NCBI GenBank assembly: GCA_963701965.1 | Contig: OY969695.1 | Location: 2,720,001 to 2,784,000 of the forward strand | Source of the DNA: an uncultured Gemmatimonadales bacterium | GTDB taxonomy: Bacteria > Gemmatimonadota > Gemmatimonadetes > Gemmatimonadales > Gemmatimonadaceae | Reading direction: 5' to 3' | Length of the DNA stretch: 64,000 bases | Shown: piece after piece, positions 17,162-28,486 of the stretch | Position numbering within the stretch: position 1 is the first letter of the stretch | How the letters are laid out: every line of letters begins with the position of its first letter | The notes under the pieces: generated by a model | Told to the model about the DNA's origin: nothing | Seen by the model: the letters and a program-made list of their open reading frames with translations, nothing else | Databases searched by the model: none | Translations under genes and position numbers: made by a program

Positions 17162-17743
17162 GTGACGAGTGACGCATCGTCAGCCGATGCCGAGGTCCCG
17201 TCGGACGCTGCGCTGGCGGCGGGTGTCCGGCGGGGCGTCGCGGCGGCGTTCGCGGCTCTTGTCGGCCGGCATTACCCGACGTCGCTCCGCTACGCCGTAC
17301 GCTTTCTGGGGCATCGAGAGGATGCGGAGGATGCCGTTCAGGAGACGTGGCTGCGCGTCTACCGCGCGTTGGGGAGCGGCGCGTACCGGGAGCAGGCCGT
17401 CTTCGAGCGGTGGTTGTTCCGGATTTTGCTCAACGTATGCCGGACGGCGGCGGCGAGTCGACGTCGGCGTGACGCGGGACGAACGCCCGTTCCGGACATC
17501 GACTTGGCTCCGGTCGCGGCGGATGCCGGCGGAGGCGGGCCGGTGGGCGAGCCGATGATGGACGCGCTGCTCGCGACGCTCGATCCGCGCACGCGAGAGG
17601 CCCTCTTGCTCAAGCATGGGCTGGGGTTGGATTATCCGGAGATGGCGCGCCGAACCGGCGACAGCGTGTCGGCGCTCAAGATGCGCGTCAAGCGCGGCTT
17701 GGAGGCGCTCCGGTCGCGCGTGCTCGAAGGAGACGATCGGTGA
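17162..17743 (+). CDS. ECF sigma factor
   Basis: DAEDAVQETW, WLFRILLN, region 4 ALKMRVKRG. Confidence 0.9.
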   Translation: MTSDASSADAEVPSDAALAAGVRRGVAAAFAALVGRHYPTSLRYAVRFLGHREDAEDAVQETWLRVYRALGSGAYREQAVFERWLFRILLNVCRTAAASRRRRDAGRTPVPDIDLAPVAADAGGGGPVGEPMMDALLATLDPRTREALLLKHGLGLDYPEMARRTGDSVSALKMRVKRGLEALRSRVLEGDDR

Positions 17744-18270
17744 CGGACGAGGGCGAGCTCGAGCGGCGCATGGAGTCGGCAATCCGCCAGTGGTATGCGG
17801 GTCCACTCCCGATCGACCACGCGCATCGGTCGACCGTGATCGACGCGGCGATCCGTGGCGGCCGGCGATCGATGGGGCATCGCCGTTGGATCGCGGGCGT
17901 GTGCGCGGCGGCCGTACTCGTCGGAGCGGTCGTCGCCGTGCGCGGGGAGCACGGCGGGAGGCATCGGGTGCGGGTCACGCCGACCGAGGTCAATGTGCGA
18001 TTCGTTCTGCGCGGGGCGGAGGCGGAGCGCGCGGGCCGCGTGAGCATCGTCGGCGATTTCAACGGCTGGAACGTTGCGGCGACTCCGCTCGATCGGGTGT
18101 CGTCGAGCGAAGGCGTGTGGGCGGTTGACGTGCACATTCGCCCAGGGAGATATGCGTATGCGTTCGTGGTCGACGGCCGCGACTGGATCGCGGATCCCAC
18201 GGCACCGCTCGCGCCGGACGGATTCGGCAATCCGACGTCGGTGATTGTCGTGGGATCGGGCGCCACGTGA
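17740..18270 (+). CDS. Putative anti-sigma factor with CBM48/AMPK-like glycogen-binding domain
   Basis: Overlaps the sigma stop; one TM segment; VSIVGDFNGW, PGRYAYAFVVDG, DGFG. Confidence 0.8.
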   Translation: MTDEGELERRMESAIRQWYAGPLPIDHAHRSTVIDAAIRGGRRSMGHRRWIAGVCAAAVLVGAVVAVRGEHGGRHRVRVTPTEVNVRFVLRGAEAERAGRVSIVGDFNGWNVAATPLDRVSSSEGVWAVDVHIRPGRYAYAFVVDGRDWIADPTAPLAPDGFGNPTSVIVVGSGAT

Positions 18271-18899
18271 GTGGTGCGCCGCGTGGCGTTTGGGCCGTCG
18301 CCGCGGTGCTCGCGATGATGGGCGATGCGGTGCGCGGTCATGCGCAGCCGCCCGTCATCGATAGTCTCGTCGCGCAAGCGAACGCCGAGGGGTTGCCGGG
18401 CGACGTTCTCCGGGCCAAGGCGCTGGAGGGGGCGAGTCGCGGCGTGTCGAGTGAACGCATTGCGCAGGTGGTCGTCGCCTACGCCGGCGCGTTGCGCCTG
18501 GCGCGATCCATTCTGGCGGAAAGTGGAGAGACGCCCGCGCTGCGGGAAGAGTTGGTGGCCGTGGCGCAAGCGCTGACCGCGGGCGTGTCGCGTTCGGCTG
18601 CCGGGACGTTGGCGACGGCGGCGCATGCCCGGACCGCGGCGCCGCCGGTGACGGTACCGTTCGTGGTGACGGTCGATCTCGTGGCCCGCGGTGTCCCGGC
18701 GGATTCGGCGGCGGTGGGCGTCCAAGTGGCCGTGCGGCGCGGGGCGTCGGACGCGGAGCTGTCGCGGTTGCGAGAAGCGATCGCGCGGGACATTGGCGAC
18801 GGCGTGCCGCCGCTCGACGCGGCGATGGTCCGCAGTGGGGCGGATCCGGCACGGCCGGCGAGGCCACCGGCGACGTCGATGCCGCCCGTCCCCCCGTGA
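18267..18899 (+). CDS. Exported helical hypothetical protein
   Basis: 4-bp overlaps on both sides; signal peptide; GLP...KALEG motif. Confidence 0.7.
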   Translation: MSGAPRGVWAVAAVLAMMGDAVRGHAQPPVIDSLVAQANAEGLPGDVLRAKALEGASRGVSSERIAQVVVAYAGALRLARSILAESGETPALREELVAVAQALTAGVSRSAAGTLATAAHARTAAPPVTVPFVVTVDLVARGVPADSAAVGVQVAVRRGASDAELSRLREAIARDIGDGVPPLDAAMVRSGADPARPARPPATSMPPVPP

Positions 18900-20122
18900 G
18901 GTCCGTCCTGGTGGTCGTTTTCGTCGTCCTCGTCGGAGCCGTGAGCCCGACGCTGGACGCGCAGGCGCCACAGGTGCTGGGTGGTTCCGGCCGGGTGTTC
19001 GGCGCACCGTCGGCCACGAGCGCGCAGCTGGGTCTCGTCACGCCCAACGGGTTCGGTGTCGTGGATGCGACGTCCGACAATGGGACGACGGGGACACCGC
19101 GCACGACGTGGACGTCGAGTATTACGGGAGTTGTGCCGCTCGCGTCTCAAGGGCGCGTGGTCGGGAATGCGGTGTACGCGACGGCCGTGCGGCAACCGGG
19201 GTTCGCCCTGCGGTACGAGCGGGGCGTGGCATCCGGCGCGTGGGCTGGCGTTCGCGCGGGGCCGGCACGCCTCGACAGCCTGGGAGACGATCCGTGGGAT
19301 CCCGTCGCGCCGTCGTTCGTGTTACCGATGCCCCGTCCCGTCATCGGCGGGCCGATCGGGCTCGGGGGTGGAGTGTGGAGCCACCGGTGGGGCGTGGTGT
19401 TCGGTGCGTCGGTGACAACGGGTACCGAGGGATACCGTACACCGCACGTGTCTCAACAGTGGGTCTCCGCGTCGGTGGGTGGCGCACCGGATTCGACGGT
19501 GGCGGAGCTCGTCACTGACACGAGCATCTCGTCCAGAGCGGTGACGACGTGGTTGCTCAAGCTGTCAGCCCATCGCACGCTGTCACGGTTGACGCTGGAC
19601 GCGAGTGGCGGTGTGCTGTCGACGCCGGAGACATCCCGGATCGGGTGGGCGAGCGCGTCGGCGGCGTGGCGACTGCTTTCGCCGATCGCTGTCGTGGTCG
19701 CGGCCGGCACCCGAGGCGCAATGTTGGTGTCGCCGCTCGGCGGCGTGCGCGAACGGGCCTATGCCACGGGTGGGCTGAGCATCGGCCGGCCGGTCGCCGT
19801 TCGGACGCCGCGCACGAGCGACGCGGCGTCGAGCGATCTCCGGTACTGGCTGGCGCGGTCCGATAGCGGGTACACGCTCGAGATTCGGGCGAGAGACGCG
19901 CGGCAGGTCGAGGTGATGGGCGACGTGACGGATTGGCGGGCGGTGGTGTGCGATCCCGTACGCGGCGACGAGTGGAGACTGTCGACGCCGGTGATGCCCG
20001 GCGTCCATCAGCTGGTCGTCCGCGTCGACGGGGGGCGGTGGACGGTGCCCCCGGGGGCGTCGCGCGCCGTGAGCGAATTCGGCGACGTCGTGGGCGTGAT
20101 CGTCGCGCCAGTCCGGGGGTAA
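18896..20122 (+). CDS. Exported protein with C-terminal glycogen-binding domain
   Basis: Signal peptide; beta-strand-rich middle; VEVMGDVTDW, PGVHQLVVRVDGG, EFG. Confidence 0.7.
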   Translation: MRSVLVVVFVVLVGAVSPTLDAQAPQVLGGSGRVFGAPSATSAQLGLVTPNGFGVVDATSDNGTTGTPRTTWTSSITGVVPLASQGRVVGNAVYATAVRQPGFALRYERGVASGAWAGVRAGPARLDSLGDDPWDPVAPSFVLPMPRPVIGGPIGLGGGVWSHRWGVVFGASVTTGTEGYRTPHVSQQWVSASVGGAPDSTVAELVTDTSISSRAVTTWLLKLSAHRTLSRLTLDASGGVLSTPETSRIGWASASAAWRLLSPIAVVVAAGTRGAMLVSPLGGVRERAYATGGLSIGRPVAVRTPRTSDAASSDLRYWLARSDSGYTLEIRARDARQVEVMGDVTDWRAVVCDPVRGDEWRLSTPVMPGVHQLVVRVDGGRWTVPPGASRAVSEFGDVVGVIVAPVRG

Positions 20123-20134
20123 TCGCGGCGGCGG

Positions 20135-20848
20135 TCAACGCTCCCAGAGCTTGAATCCCCCGAGAAAGGCGTCGTTATTGTGGCCGCGTCGGCAACCGTG
20201 TGGCAGGCGCTTCAACTCCTTCGCGTTTCCGCCGCCGAGCACCAGGTCGTCGAGGAAGAGTCCCGACATCAGCCGGAGCGCAATCCGCTCGACGCGCTTG
20301 CCCCACTGCTTGCGCCCGCTCTGTTTCAGCCCACGAGTGCCAATGTAGTCCTCGAGCGTCCTCTTCCCGAAGGCGAGATTGCCCAGGCGCATCGGCAGGA
20401 CGGTGCCATCCATCACGAGCGCGCTGCCGAGTCCCGTCCCGAGTCCGAGAAATAGCATGACGCCGTGCCGGTAGCAGCCCAACGCCTGCATGACGGCGTC
20501 GTTCGTCAGTTTGACCGGGCAACCGAAGGCCGCTTCGAAGTCGAATCGTGTCCACCCCGGCGCGAGGTTCGGCGCCTCGCCGACGGCGTGTCCGTCATGG
20601 ACGCTCCCCGGGTAGCCAAGCGAGACGACGTCGTAGCTCCAGTGCTCGGCGTGCTCCTTCACGCCTTCGACCATCGCCGCCGGTGTCAGCGCCCGTCCCG
20701 ACGGGAACTTGCGGCGCTGACGCTGGCCGCTCGCCAGCATCTTGACGTTCGTACCGCCGACGTCGACGACCAGCACCTTCACGGCCTCACCCGTGTGCGA
20801 CCGATCATTCCCGCTCGTGCGACCGCGTGTCTTGGCTGGTGCCGTCAT
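20135..20848 (-). CDS. ROK-family kinase (polyphosphate glucokinase-like)
   Basis: DVGGTNVK, NDAVMQA, GLGTGLG, GGGN; ATGA overlap with ack. Confidence 0.88.
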   Translation of the reverse strand: MTAPAKTRGRTSGNDRSHTGEAVKVLVVDVGGTNVKMLASGQRQRRKFPSGRALTPAAMVEGVKEHAEHWSYDVVSLGYPGSVHDGHAVGEAPNLAPGWTRFDFEAAFGCPVKLTNDAVMQALGCYRHGVMLFLGLGTGLGSALVMDGTVLPMRLGNLAFGKRTLEDYIGTRGLKQSGRKQWGKRVERIALRLMSGLFLDDLVLGGGNAKELKRLPHGCRRGHNNDAFLGGFKLWER

Positions 20849-22065
20849 AGGATCTCCCGATTCGGTCGCATTGCAACACCTGCTCCGATCACGCCCATCA
20901 CCTCGCGCAACATCGTGAGGTCCTCCCGCGTCTCCACGACGAGAATCCGGGTGCGGGACCCCTGCCGCGAGACATCGGCGTCCGGACGGCAGTTCGCGTT
21001 GGCGTCCGGATCCACATCGACGCCCAAGAACCCGAGCCCAGCGCAGCATGCGGCGCGGATCTCAGCAGAGTGCTCGCCGACGCCGGCGGTAAAAACGAGC
21101 GCGTCCAGCCCGCCCAGCGAGGCGCTGAGCGCGCCGATCGCCTGCCGCACGCGATACGTGTAGACCCGAAGCGCCAGAGCCGCCCGCTCGTCCCCGTTGG
21201 CGGCCGCGCTCAAGACTTCGCGCATGTCCCCCGAGGTCCCGGAGACGCCGAGCAATCCCGATTCGTGGTTCAGGATGTGCTCCACCTCCGGAGCGGTGAG
21301 GCCATGGTACGTCTGAACGTGCAGCACGACGCCAGGATCCAGGGCCCCGCTTCGTGTCCCCATCATCAGGCCGTCGAGCGGCGTGAAGCCCATCGTGGTG
21401 TCGACCGAGCGACCACCCAGCACGGCGCAGGCCGAGCAACCGTGACCCAAATGGCAAATGACGAGCCGCAGCGCTTCCGCTGGCCGGCCCAGCATCGCGG
21501 CCGCGCGACCCGCGCAATACGCGTGACTGAGACCGTGGAACCCGAAGCGGCGAATGTTCCAATCGCGGGCCCAGCGGCCTGGCACGGCAAAGGTGTAGGC
21601 CTCCGCCGGCAACGTGGCGTGGAATGATGTGTCGAACACCGCGACGTGCGGCACGTCCGGCAAGAGGGCTTCGGCCGCGGCGAGCGTCTCGAGCGCCGGC
21701 GGGTTGTGGAGCGGCGCCAACTCCGAGAGCTCGGCGATCCGTGAGCGTACCGCCGGTCCAATGGGGACCGCGCGCGTGAACTCGCCGCCGAACACAATGC
21801 GGTGTCCAACGGCACCAAACACGGATCCGTTCGCGCCTCGCGCTGGCGACGACGCGTAGTCTTCAGCCACACGCCGCACGGCCTCGGCGTGCCCTCGCCA
21901 CGGCACGTCCTCGGCCGCGCGCGCATCTCCAGTCGGGGAGAACGCATAGCGCGTCACCGGACCGGCCCAGTCGGCCGAGGCCTGCGCGATCACGCGACAG
22001 TCCTCAGCCTCCATGACCACGCATTTGAGGCTGCTCGATCCCGCATTCAACAGCAGCACCCTCAG
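20845..22065 (-). CDS. ackA: Acetate kinase (start CTG 22065 or GTG 22059)
   Basis: [43 protein letters not shown]. Confidence 0.95.
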   Translation of the reverse strand: MRVLLLNAGSSSLKCVVMEAEDCRVIAQASADWAGPVTRYAFSPTGDARAAEDVPWRGHAEAVRRVAEDYASSPARGANGSVFGAVGHRIVFGGEFTRAVPIGPAVRSRIAELSELAPLHNPPALETLAAAEALLPDVPHVAVFDTSFHATLPAEAYTFAVPGRWARDWNIRRFGFHGLSHAYCAGRAAAMLGRPAEALRLVICHLGHGCSACAVLGGRSVDTTMGFTPLDGLMMGTRSGALDPGVVLHVQTYHGLTAPEVEHILNHESGLLGVSGTSGDMREVLSAAANGDERAALALRVYTYRVRQAIGALSASLGGLDALVFTAGVGEHSAEIRAACCAGLGFLGVDVDPDANANCRPDADVSRQGSRTRILVVETREDLTMLREVMGVIGAGVAMRPNREIL

Positions 22066-24527
22066 ACGTTATCTCCTTCGGTCGAGGTGCCGCCGCCAGC
22101 CACCGCGGCGCCGCCCTCCCAGCGCCAGCCCACGATCTCCGGCATGTCATCGCCGTACTCCTCAATGTAGTGGCGGTGCTCGATCAAGCGGTCGCGGATC
22201 GCTTGCTTGAAATACGCCGCGCGCGCGCCGAGCTGCGGCACGCGATTGATCACGTCCTCGACCAGATCGAAGCGATCGAGCTTGTTCAGCACGACCATAT
22301 CGAAGGGTGTCGTCGTCGTTCCCTCTTCGTTGTAGCCGTGCACGTGGAAATTCCGGTGATTGGTGCGCGAATAGATGAGCCGATGGATGAGCGCTGGGTA
22401 TCCGTGAAACGCGAAGACGACAGGCCGGTCCTTGGTGAACAGCACATCGAACTCGTCGTCCGGGAGACCGTGCGGATGCTGCTTGGCCGGTTGGAGCCGC
22501 ATGAGATCGACGACGTTGATCACGCGAACCTTGAGCCGTGGCAGGTGACGGCGGAGGAGTTGGACGGCGGCCAGCGTCTCCAAGGTGGGAACGTCACCGC
22601 AACAGGCCATCACGACATCGGGCTCGACGCCTTTGTCGTTACTCGCCCACTCCCAAATGCCGATGCCGGCCGTGCAATGCTTGACCGCCTGGTCCATGTT
22701 GAGCCACTGCGGTGCAGGCTGCTTGCCCGCCACGATGACATTCACATAGTTGCGGCTTCTCAGGCAGTGATCCGTGACCGACAGGAGCGTGTTCGCATCG
22801 GGCGGCAAGTAAATCCGAACGACCTCCGCCTTTTTGTTCGCCACATGGTCGAGAAATCCCGGATCCTGGTGGCTGAAGCCATTGTGATCCTGACGCCAGA
22901 CGTGTGAGCTCAACAGGTAGTTGAGGGACGCGATGGGTCGTCTCCACGGAATGTGCCGGCAGGCGTTCAACCACTTCGCGTGCTGATTGAACATCGAATC
23001 GACAATGTGGATGAACGCCTCGTAGGAACTGAGGAACCCGTGACGGCCGGTCAGGAGGTATCCTTCGAGCCACCCCTGACACTGGTGCTCGGAGAGCACT
23101 TCCATCACGCGACCGTCCGGTGCCAAGTGATCGTCCTCGGGTCGTATCTCCGCGACATAGCATCGATTCGTCACCTCGAGGATGTCCTGCCAGCGATTGG
23201 AGTTGTTCTCATCCGGGCTGAACACGCGGAAGTTCTGATACCCCATGTTCAACTTCATGACGTCGCGCAAGAAGCGCCCCTGCACGCGTGTCGACTCGGC
23301 GATCGTGGCGCCGGGACTCGGGACGTCGGCCGCGTAACCGCGAAAATCCGGAAGGCGCAACTCCTTGAGCAGCGTCCCGCCGTTGGCGTGCGGGTTCGCG
23401 CTCATGCGGCGGTCGGCTCTGGGCGCCAGCTCCGCCAATTCGAGCACCAGCTTGCCCTCGGCGTCGAACAGCTCCTCAGGGCGGTAGCTCCGCATCCATC
23501 GCTCGAGGATGCTGATGTGCTCGGGTTGGTCCATGTCACCCATTGGGACTTGGTGACTCCGCCAGTAGCCTTCCTCCAACTTGCCGTCGATCTCGCGCGG
23601 ACAGGTCCAGCCCTTCAATGTGCGGAGCACGATCATCGGCCACGCCGGACGCTGCTCGATGCCGCGCTCCCGGGCGTCCGCCCAGATCCGTTCGATCTCG
23701 CCCACCACGTGATCGAGCGTCTCGGCCAACTCCTTATGGACGGCCTCCGGGTCGGTGCCCTCGACGACGTACGGCGTGTAGCCCATGCCCTCGAGGAGCT
23801 TCATGAGCTCACCCCTCGGGATGCGGTCGAGGTAGCACGGGTTGGCGATCTTGTAGCCGTTCAAGTGCAGGATGGGGAGGACGCACCCATCGCGTGCCGG
23901 GTTGAGGAACTTGTTGCCGTGCCAACCGGTGGCCAGCGGGCCTGTCTCGGCCTCGCCGTCGCCCACCACGCAGGCCACAATGAGGTCCGGGTTGTCGAAC
24001 GCGGCGCCGAACGCATGGGAGAGGGCGTAGCCGAGCTCTCCCCCTTCGTGCATCGATCCCGGCGTCTCCGGTGCCACGTGGCTTGGAATGCCACCAGGGA
24101 AGCTGAACTGCTTGAACAGCCGCTTCATCCCCGCCTCGTCCTGACTGATGTCGGGATAGACCTCGCTATACGTGCCTTCCAAGTACGCGTTGGCGACAAT
24201 GGCTGGTCCACCGTGGCCCGGCCCGATGACGTACATGATATCGAGATCGCGACTCTTGATGACCCGATTGAGGTGCGCGTAGATGAGGTTGAGACCGGGC
24301 GTGGTGCCCCAATGCCCGAGCAACCGCGGTTTGATATGGGCTCGCGTGAGCGGTTGGCGCAGGAGCGGGTTGTCGAGCAGGTAGATCTGTCCGACCGATA
24401 GGTAGTTCGCCGCGCGCCAGAGGGCGTCGATCTTCCTCAGCTCGTCGTCGGCGAAGCGAGGCGCCGCGGCACGAGCGCGACTGGTCTTTCGGTCGGCGGT
24501 CATCGGGTTTGGGATCGTCGTGCTCAT
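22062..24527 (-). CDS. xfp: Xylulose-5-P/fructose-6-P phosphoketolase
   Basis: [47 protein letters not shown]. Confidence 0.97.
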   Translation of the reverse strand: MSTTIPNPMTADRKTSRARAAAPRFADDELRKIDALWRAANYLSVGQIYLLDNPLLRQPLTRAHIKPRLLGHWGTTPGLNLIYAHLNRVIKSRDLDIMYVIGPGHGGPAIVANAYLEGTYSEVYPDISQDEAGMKRLFKQFSFPGGIPSHVAPETPGSMHEGGELGYALSHAFGAAFDNPDLIVACVVGDGEAETGPLATGWHGNKFLNPARDGCVLPILHLNGYKIANPCYLDRIPRGELMKLLEGMGYTPYVVEGTDPEAVHKELAETLDHVVGEIERIWADARERGIEQRPAWPMIVLRTLKGWTCPREIDGKLEEGYWRSHQVPMGDMDQPEHISILERWMRSYRPEELFDAEGKLVLELAELAPRADRRMSANPHANGGTLLKELRLPDFRGYAADVPSPGATIAESTRVQGRFLRDVMKLNMGYQNFRVFSPDENNSNRWQDILEVTNRCYVAEIRPEDDHLAPDGRVMEVLSEHQCQGWLEGYLLTGRHGFLSSYEAFIHIVDSMFNQHAKWLNACRHIPWRRPIASLNYLLSSHVWRQDHNGFSHQDPGFLDHVANKKAEVVRIYLPPDANTLLSVTDHCLRSRNYVNVIVAGKQPAPQWLNMDQAVKHCTAGIGIWEWASNDKGVEPDVVMACCGDVPTLETLAAVQLLRRHLPRLKVRVINVVDLMRLQPAKQHPHGLPDDEFDVLFTKDRPVVFAFHGYPALIHRLIYSRTNHRNFHVHGYNEEGTTTTPFDMVVLNKLDRFDLVEDVINRVPQLGARAAYFKQAIRDRLIEHRHYIEEYGDDMPEIVGWRWEGGAAVAGGGTSTEGDNV

Positions 24528-24554
24528 GCAGTCCTCCTGAGCAGTTGTCTGGGT

Positions 24555-25677
24555 CTACTTGGTCACGGCGATCGATTTCCGGAACAGGATCACGCTGTAG
24601 GCGAAGAACGCCGTACCAACGGCCGCGACCATCGCGAAGTGGCGCCACACCGCGCTGATCCCGCCGCCACGGTAGATGATGATTTGCGAGAAGCTGACGA
24701 AGTGCCGCGACGGCAGAAAGTACGTGATGGCCTGGAGCCAGCTCGGCTGACTCTCGACGGGCGTCGATCCGCCCGACAGCAGCTGGAGCACGACGATCAC
24801 GAGGACGATCAGCAGCGCGAACTGCGCCATCGAACGCGCCATCGTCCCCAGAAAGACACCGAGCGCCGTGGCGAAGAACAGATACAGCACGACCCCAAAG
24901 AACCAGAGCGGCATCGAGCCTGCAAACGGCACCTGGAGCGCCATCCGCACGATCAGGAAGAGCGATGCGGCCGTCGCGACGAGGATGACGAGACTATTGG
25001 CCCACACCTTGGCCATGGCGATCTCGAAGGCAGTGAGCGGCATGACCAAGAGGTGCTCGAGCGTCCCGTGTTCGCGCTCGCGAATGACCGCGGCTCCGGT
25101 GAGGACCACGGTGAGCAGCGTCAGCTGGTTGATGATCGCCACGATGCTGGTGAACCATGCCAATGCCGTTCGGGTTGAACAGCTTGCGCACCACCAGATT
25201 CACGGACTTGGGCGGTGTGACATCGGTGCGACTGAGAAAGGACGCGATGCGGTCGTCAATGATGTTCTTGATATACCCGGAGCCAATGCCCGCCTGCTGC
25301 ATGGCGGTCGCATCGATACTCACCTGGATGTCCGGCTGACGACCCGCGCGCAGGTTCCGCTCGAACTGCGGCGGGATCGTCACGACGAACATGAATCGCC
25401 CTTCATCCATCACATCTTCCACCTCGCTGGTCCGGATCGGCTGGGCGAATTGGAAGCGGGGTGGGTAGAACGCGTTGAACAACTCCTGCGAGAGCGCCGA
25501 GCCGTCCTCATCCGCGAACGCGATCGAGGCATTGTTCACTTCGTTCGAGGTCCCCGTGGCCTGAGAGTAGATCGCCAGCGTGAAAGCGTAGATGACGAAC
25601 AGCACCATCACCCGGTCGCTGACCAGACTGCGGATCTCTTTGATCCCGAGCCAGAGAATGTTCAGCGCGGAGCGCAT
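24555..25677 (-). CDS. ABC-2 permease, YhhJ-like (+1 frameshift near 25161)
   Basis: LGIKEIRSL...FNPN in one frame; REREHGTLEHLLVMP, SGGSTPVES in the next. Confidence 0.85.
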
Positions 25678-25679
25678 CC

Positions 25680-28475
25680 CTAACTCTCCTGCTTTTTCAG
25701 GCCAAGCGTGCTGATGGCCCACAGGATCGGGAACGAGCAGGCGAGTATGAGCAGATCGGGCGCCATGAGTCTGGGCATGAGTCCTTTGGTGTACGCCCCG
25801 AGGCTCGAGTGCATATAGTAGGTCGTTGGCCAAATCGTCCCCACAATGCGCGCGCCGCCTTCCAGCGTCGAGACCGGCTGCAAGAGACCGGCGAATTGGA
25901 GGGTCGGCTGGATGGTGAGAATCGCCGTCACGAAGACAGCCGCGACCTGCGTCTTGGTGAAGGTCAATGTCACCATGCCGACGCCCGTCGTCACGATCAG
26001 GTAGAGCAGCGTGCAGAGTGTCAGGAGGAGGAAGCTGCCCTTGATGGGCACACGGAAGACAATCAGCGCCAGGGCGGCCATGATGAAGAAGTTGATCATC
26101 CCGATGGCGACATAGGGGATTTGCTTGCCCAGCAGGTATTCGAACCGGCCCGTCGGCGTGACATAGAAGTTGATCATCGACCCCAGCTCTTTCTCCCGCA
26201 CGATGCTGACGGTCATGAGAATGGCCGGAATCAGGATCAAGAGCAGGGCCGGCACACTCGGCACGATCGAGTAGATGCTCTCGAAAGTCGGGTTGTACAT
26301 GTACCGTTCTTGGATCGATGCCGTGTACTTGGACCGCCCGGCGCCGAGCTCGGTGGCCCGATCATCCTCCAGTGTATTGTGCACGCCCCGGACGTACTGG
26401 GAGACGGTCTCCCCCCGGTAGGTCATGGCGCCGTCCACCTCGGCCAAGACATCGGGTTTGGAGCCCCGCCGGAAATCGCGGCCGAAATTCGGCGGGATCT
26501 CGAGCAGCAGCGAGATCTCGTCCCTGCGCATGCGATCGAGTCCGGCCACGTCCGACTGGGCCGGGCGCGTCGGCGTGAAGTACACCGCCGTTCCGGCGAA
26601 CTCCTCGAGATAGGTGCGGCTCTCGGGCGACCGGTCGTTGTCGAGCGCGGCGTACCGAATGTGCTCCACATCCGTGGTGATCCCGAAGCCGAACACGAGC
26701 ATGAGCAGCGCTGAACCAATGAACGCAAACGCCAGGCGGATCGGATCGCGGAGGATCTGCATCGTCTCGTTGCGCATGTACGCGACCATGCGTTGGAGTC
26801 CCTTGCCTTTCGTGGTCTCGTGTGGTGCCGCGTGGACGGTCGCGTCCGCTGCGACCGGAGTGGTCGTGGGCGTCGCCGCGGCGGGTGTGGCCGGTGTGGC
26901 CGGTGTGGCCGGTGTGGCGGTAGAGGCGATGGCATCCTCCATATAGGCGATGAATGCCTCTTCCAGGGTGGCCGCGCCGCGATCATCAATGAGCTTCTGC
27001 GGCGCGTCGCAGGCGAGCACTCGCCCCGCGTGCATGAGCGAGATGCGGTCGCAACGCATCCCCTCGTTCATGAAGTGTGTCGTCACGAAGATCGTCACGC
27101 CCTGGTTGCGCGACATGTCGATCAATACCTCCCAGAAGCTGTCGCGCGCGATCGGGTCGACCCCGGACGTCGGCTCGTCGAGGATGAGCATCTTGGGTTC
27201 GTGTAACACGGCGACGGCGAGCGACAGGCGCTGGCGGAGGCCGAGGGGTAGCGAGTCCGCCAGCGCATCGAGGTGAGGGCGCAAGCCGAAGCGATCGACC
27301 AGCGCATCGATGCGGGCTTCCGCCTTCTCTTTGGGGATGTGGAACAGTCGCGCGTCGAGCACCAGATTCTGCCGGATGGTCAATTCGCCATAGAGCGAGA
27401 ACGCCTGGGTCATGTACCCGAGGTTGTTGCGCACCACGAGACTTCCCGCTTCGACCGAGCTGCCGAACAGTGTCGCCGTTCCCTCGCTCGGCGGAAGCAG
27501 TCCGGTCAGCATCTTCATGGTGGTCGACTTCCCGCAGCCGTTGGAGCCGAGGAAGCCGAAGATCTCGCCCCGCTCGATCGACAAGGTCACATGGTCGACC
27601 GCGGTGAAGGTGCCGAAGCGGCGCGTCAGACCCTTGGCATCGATGGCGATGTCCGAGGCGCCCGCGGGTCGCGGCGGAATCGTGATGTCGGTGTGCCCTT
27701 GGCGCAGCGCTTCCGGCAGGAGCGCGATGAAGCAGTGCTCCAGGTCCGCGCTGTGCGTCCGCTCCATCAGCTCCGTGGGCGTGCCCGTCGCGAGCACCTG
27801 GCCGGCGTTCATCGCGACAATCCAGTCCCACTGCTGTGCCTCGTCCATGTAGGCGGTCGAGATGATCACGCTCATGGTCGGCCGATCGGCCCGGATGTCG
27901 TTGATCAACGTCCAGAATTGCCGTCGCGACAAAGGATCGACGCCGGTCGTGGGCTCATCGAGGATGAGGAGGTCGGGGTCGTGCACCAGCGCGCCGCAGA
28001 GGCCCACCTTCTGCTTCATGCCCCCCGAGAGCTTGCCCGCGGGCCGGTCGGGGAATGGCGCGAGCCCCGTCGCCTCGAGGAGTTGCGGGACGCGGGCGGC
28101 GCGCTCGGCGGCCGATAGGCCGAAGAGCCGCGCCATGAAGTCGACGTTGTCGTACACGCTGAGCTCGAGGTAGAGGTTCTTCCCCAACCCCTGCGGCATG
28201 TAGGCGATTCGAGGACAGACGGCGCGCCGGTGCCGGACGTCGTCAATGTTGCCACCGAGCACCGTCACCGTGCCCTGCTGCAGTTTCTTCGAACCCGCCA
28301 CGATCGCCATGAGCGTCGACTTGCCGACGCCGTCCGGGCCAACGATGCCCACCATGAGGCCACTCGGGATGTCGAGAGAGATCCCATCGAGCGCCGTCAC
28401 CTTCCCATAGTGGTGGGTGACATTCTTGATCGACACCACTTGTTGCCGAGACGTTCCGACCCCGGTGGACATCAT
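25680..28475 (-). CDS. rbbA: RbbA-like double ABC ATPase fused to ABC-2 permease
   Basis: GPDGVGKS, YMPQGLGKNLY, LSGGMKQK, GSNGCGKS, RDPIRL, REKELGS. Confidence 0.92.
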   Translation of the reverse strand: MMSTGVGTSRQQVVSIKNVTHHYGKVTALDGISLDIPSGLMVGIVGPDGVGKSTLMAIVAGSKKLQQGTVTVLGGNIDDVRHRRAVCPRIAYMPQGLGKNLYLELSVYDNVDFMARLFGLSAAERAARVPQLLEATGLAPFPDRPAGKLSGGMKQKVGLCGALVHDPDLLILDEPTTGVDPLSRRQFWTLINDIRADRPTMSVIISTAYMDEAQQWDWIVAMNAGQVLATGTPTELMERTHSADLEHCFIALLPEALRQGHTDITIPPRPAGASDIAIDAKGLTRRFGTFTAVDHVTLSIERGEIFGFLGSNGCGKSTTMKMLTGLLPPSEGTATLFGSSVEAGSLVVRNNLGYMTQAFSLYGELTIRQNLVLDARLFHIPKEKAEARIDALVDRFGLRPHLDALADSLPLGLRQRLSLAVAVLHEPKMLILDEPTSGVDPIARDSFWEVLIDMSRNQGVTIFVTTHFMNEGMRCDRISLMHAGRVLACDAPQKLIDDRGAATLEEAFIAYMEDAIASTATPATPATPATPAAATPTTTPVAADATVHAAPHETTKGKGLQRMVAYMRNETMQILRDPIRLAFAFIGSALLMLVFGFGITTDVEHIRYAALDNDRSPESRTYLEEFAGTAVYFTPTRPAQSDVAGLDRMRRDEISLLLEIPPNFGRDFRRGSKPDVLAEVDGAMTYRGETVSQYVRGVHNTLEDDRATELGAGRSKYTASIQERYMYNPTFESIYSIVPSVPALLLILIPAILMTVSIVREKELGSMINFYVTPTGRFEYLLGKQIPYVAIGMINFFIMAALALIVFRVPIKGSFLLLTLCTLLYLIVTTGVGMVTLTFTKTQVAAVFVTAILTIQPTLQFAGLLQPVSTLEGGARIVGTIWPTTYYMHSSLGAYTKGLMPRLMAPDLLILACSFPILWAISTLGLKKQES

Positions 28476-28486
28476 CAACCCATCCC

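Noticed and set aside
20135..20848. Recent duplication with the ROK gene at 60060-60743
   Set aside because: Motifs are shared but the proteins are clearly diverged; ordinary paralogues
26884..26918. 9-bp tandem repeat GGTGTGGCC (about 4 copies) in rbbA
   Set aside because: In-frame low-complexity ATP/TPA linker between domains
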